A DNA stretch of 64,000 bases from Negaprion brevirostris (taxonomy: Eukaryota): assembly GCA_030324005.1 (NCBI GenBank), contig JARDVH010000157.1, positions 21,608,618 through 21,672,617 on the forward strand, given 5' to 3'. The position numbers and the translations under genes were made by a program. The notes below the pieces were generated by a model that saw only the letters and a list, made by a program, of their open reading frames with translations, was not told the origin of the DNA and did no database searches. This document shows positions 60,813-64,000 of this stretch, piece after piece. How positions within the stretch are numbered: the stretch's first letter is position 1; every line of letters begins with the position of its first letter.

Positions 60813-62339
60813 TTAGAGTTACTTGTTGCTATTACATTGTGATGCTTTACATGCAGGTTTAAGAGAATGAGATAAGAGCGTTGCCTCTCAGCTGAGACTG
60901 ATACCGAGTTAAGACATGTTGCCCATCCAGGTGAAAAACATACAAATTCGGTGTCTGGGGAATGGGTTATTTACCACCAGGCCGACACATGATGAGATTT
61001 GCAACTTGTCATATATTTGCGTAAGTTTGGGTTTCAACAAACTGTTCGGCTCCTGACCTCACTACACCCTTATTAGAGGCATGGACAAGAGTTGAACTCC
61101 AGAGGTGGTGTGAGAATGACTGCCCGTCCTTGACATGAAGGCTGCATTTGACTGAGTATGGCATCAAGGAGCCTCAGCAAAACTGGTGTCAATGGGTATC
61201 GGGATGGGAAAACTCTCCACTGATTGGAGTCATACCTAGCACAGAGGAAGCCAGTTGTGTTTGTTGGAGGCTGCTTCTAAATACCCACCAGGGCTCTTTG
61301 GATNNNNNNNNNNNNNNNNNNNNNNNNNNNNNNNNNNNNNNNNNNNNNNNNNNNNNNNNNNNNNNNNNNNNNNNNNNNNNNNNNNNNNNNNNNNNNNNNN
61401 NNNNNNNNNNNNNNNNNNNNNNNNNNNNNNNNNNNNNNNNNNNNNNNNNNNNNNNNNNNNNNNNNNNNNNNNNNNNNNNNNNNNNNNNNNNNNNNNNNNN
61501 NNNNNNNNNNNNNNNNNNNNNNNNNNNNNNNNNNNNNNNNNNNNNNNNNNNNNNNNNNNNNNNNNNNNNNNNNNNNNNNNNNNNNNNNNNNNNNNNNNNN
61601 NNNNNNNNNNNNNNNNNNNNNNNNNNNNNNNNNNNNNNNNNNNNNNNNNNNNNNNNNNNNNNNNNNNNNNNNNNNNNNNNNNNNNNNNNNNNNNNNNNNN
61701 NNNNNNNNNNNNNNNNNNNNNNNNNNNNNNNNNNNNNNNNNNNNNNNNNNNNNNNNNNNNNNNNNNNNNNNNNNNNNNNNNNNNNNNNNNNNNNNNNNNN
61801 NNNNNNNNNNNNNNNNNNNNNNNNNNNNNNNNNNNNNNNNNNNNNNNNNNNNNNNNNNNNNNNNNNNNNNNNNNNNNNNNNNNNNNNNNNNNNNNNNNNN
61901 NNNNNNNNNNNNNNNNNNNNNNNNNNNNNNNNNNNNNNNNNNNNNNNNNNNNNNNNNNNNNNNNNNNNNNNNNNNNNNNNNNNNNNNNNNNNNNNNNNNN
62001 NNNNNNNNNNNNNNNNNNNNNNNNNNNNNNNNNNNNNNNNNNNNNNNNNNNNNNNNNNNNNNNNNNNNNNNNNNNNNNNNNNNNNNNNNNNNNTGTCTGG
62101 GGGGGCGGTGTCCTCACAGTCGAGCAGTCTTGGGGGAGGGGCGCGGGGGTGGTGGTGTCCTCGCAGTCAGTTCTAGTTGAAAAAAGTTAACTGAGAAGCA
62201 CCAGGGATAAGTAAAAGTCAGGCCCTGTGTAATAAAGTGAAAACTAATTATAATGAGTGATGCAAGGATGTGTATGTCAAAGTAGAAGTCAACAAGGAGA
62301 ATAAGTTAAGATAAGAGGAGAAACTTTTTAGACTAAATA

Positions 62340-63090
62340 CGATTATGTTTAAGACTTGGCAGGTAAGCTCAGCAGGGTGGAATGAGTGGCCTGTCATATG
62401 TGGGAAGTAATGGGCCATAACAAGTATCCTAGATGATTACATGTGCACGAAGTGCTCCCAACTGCAGAAACATGAGCTCTGTATTTTGGAGCTCGGGCTT
62501 CAGCTGGAGACATTGTAGCGAATTCAGGAGGCTGAGAGTTATATGGATAGCGCATTTAGAGAGGTGATCATGTCATAGATCAAGGAACTGGAGGCAAGAA
62601 GGGTGACCACCAGTCAGGCCAAGGGAAGCAGGTAGCAGTGCTAACCACCATGCCACCCCTGTAGGTGTAGTACAAAAGGCATTCAATAAGATGTCACGCA
62701 AAAAGTTAATAAACAAGGCAATGACTTGTGGAGTTGAGGATATACATTCACATGGATAGAGGATTAGTTCACCAATAGGAAGCAAAGGTTATGNNNNNAT
62801 GGAACCCTTCACATTGGCAAGCTAACTAGTGGAATGCCACAGAGATCAGTGTCAGGGTCTCAGTTATTTGCAATCTACATAAGTGATTCACACACAGCTT
62901 GGTAGGAATGCAAGCTATGACGACAAAGGTGCAAAAAATTTATCTAGATTGACTGAAAAACAGAGTGGCAGATGGAGTATAATGTAGAGAAGTGTGAGGT
63001 TATTCAATTGGGTAATAAGGATAGAAAAGTAGAATTTTCCCGAAAATGTGTGAAACTTGTAAATGTTGATGTTCAGAGCATCAAGGCAAA
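62340..63090 (+). mobile_element. CR1 fragments (ORF1-like 5' part and RT pieces)
   Basis: GATTACATGTGCACGAAGTGCTCCCAACTG (DYMCTKCSQL, CR1 ORF1 zinc-finger-like) and AGTGGAATGCCACAGAGATCAGTG (SGMPQRSV, RT motif). Confidence 0.65.
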
Positions 63091-63694
63091 GGCTCCCTGA
63101 TTGGCTCATCAATTGGATCTTAATCAGGGAGTTCATACTCCCATAAGCCAATTTATGGCTGGACTGACTGGAATATTGCAGACTGCAATAATGCTTGTCA
63201 AAGTAAGCCACAGCCAATAACTCATATCAAATTATACTCTACACTTAATCCATTTGAGGCTTGGCTAGTAACTCTGGGGGTAGTTTGTTTTTTCTCCACT
63301 CAAAATTAGTATTGCTCATGTTGTTTATGCCCATTCCCATTACACGGTCTACATCAGTTACTCAGCCTCCAGCTATGGTTAAGCTGAGCTGGTACTATTA
63401 ACAAGTGACTGACTTAAACCATTATCCGAGCATAGGTTCAGGAAAGGTGACACCCAAGCTTGCAGATTGCTCAACTCTTCATTTTAAAACTAAAATTCCA
63501 TCCTCTATTTTAAACTGCAATGGTGTTGATCAGCTATATTCTAGAATGACTATGAATTAAAAGTCTATTGTTTAATTACTTACCTTGGCTATCGCAAATG
63601 TTAATTTTAATTTTGGCTTTCATTTCTTTTTATAAAATTATCGATTGGCCTGATTGCAGTCATTATAGTTACCATGTAGGAATAGCAAGAAATT

Positions 63695-63912
63695 AGACAA
63701 ATGGCATGTTTGGCCTTTATTGTGAAAGCATTGCAATTCAACAATAAGGAAGTATTCTTGTAGGTATACGGGATTTTGGTGAGATCTGGACTGCTGTGTG
63801 CAGTTTTGGTCTCCATTTAGAGGAGGGATATGCTTGCATTGGTAGCTGTACAGTGAAGTTCACTAGATTGGTTCTTGGGATGAGAGGATTGTCCGATGAT
63901 GAGGGGCTGAGT
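63695..63912 (+). mobile_element. CR1 fragment
   Basis: AAATGGCATGTTTGGCCTTTATTG...GTGTGCAGTTTTGGTCTCCAT (CVQFWSP). Confidence 0.8.
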
Positions 63913-64000
63913 TAAAACCTTCTGATCTGCAGGAACTATCCAGCATCTGTACAATTTTGGAAAAGGACCTCCAATGCGTCCATTATTTCTATAGCAGCCT

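Overview
Eukaryotic, intron-rich genomic DNA from a gapped draft assembly. The repeat content (HE1-type V-SINEs, Deu-domain SINEs, CR1/HER1-like LINEs) points to a cartilaginous fish, probably a shark; this is inference. The only host gene I can support is the 5' half of CAPZB (F-actin capping protein beta) on the + strand: a CpG-rich promoter at ~5.2-5.7 kb, exon 1 contributing only the ATG (5368-5370), exon 2 (27881-27970) and exon 3 (56655-56776). The rest of the gene lies beyond the window. A ~3.7 kb G-rich minisatellite abuts the promoter. The 22.5 kb and 28.7 kb introns are filled with decayed retroelements: CR1, L2-like, L1, RTE, Penelope-like and several SINE families. Almost all ORFs in the supplied track are spurious or transposon-derived. 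The most interesting signals are (i) a candidate unannotated alternative first exon in intron 1 (20883-20963) that would give a beta3-like N-terminally extended CapZ beta, (ii) several decayed minimal hammerhead-ribozyme motifs in Penelope-like element ends, and (iii) a CpG gradient and unit switch in the promoter-adjacent minisatellite. Repeat family names come from recall of consensus sequences rather than database searches, and repeat boundaries are approximate.
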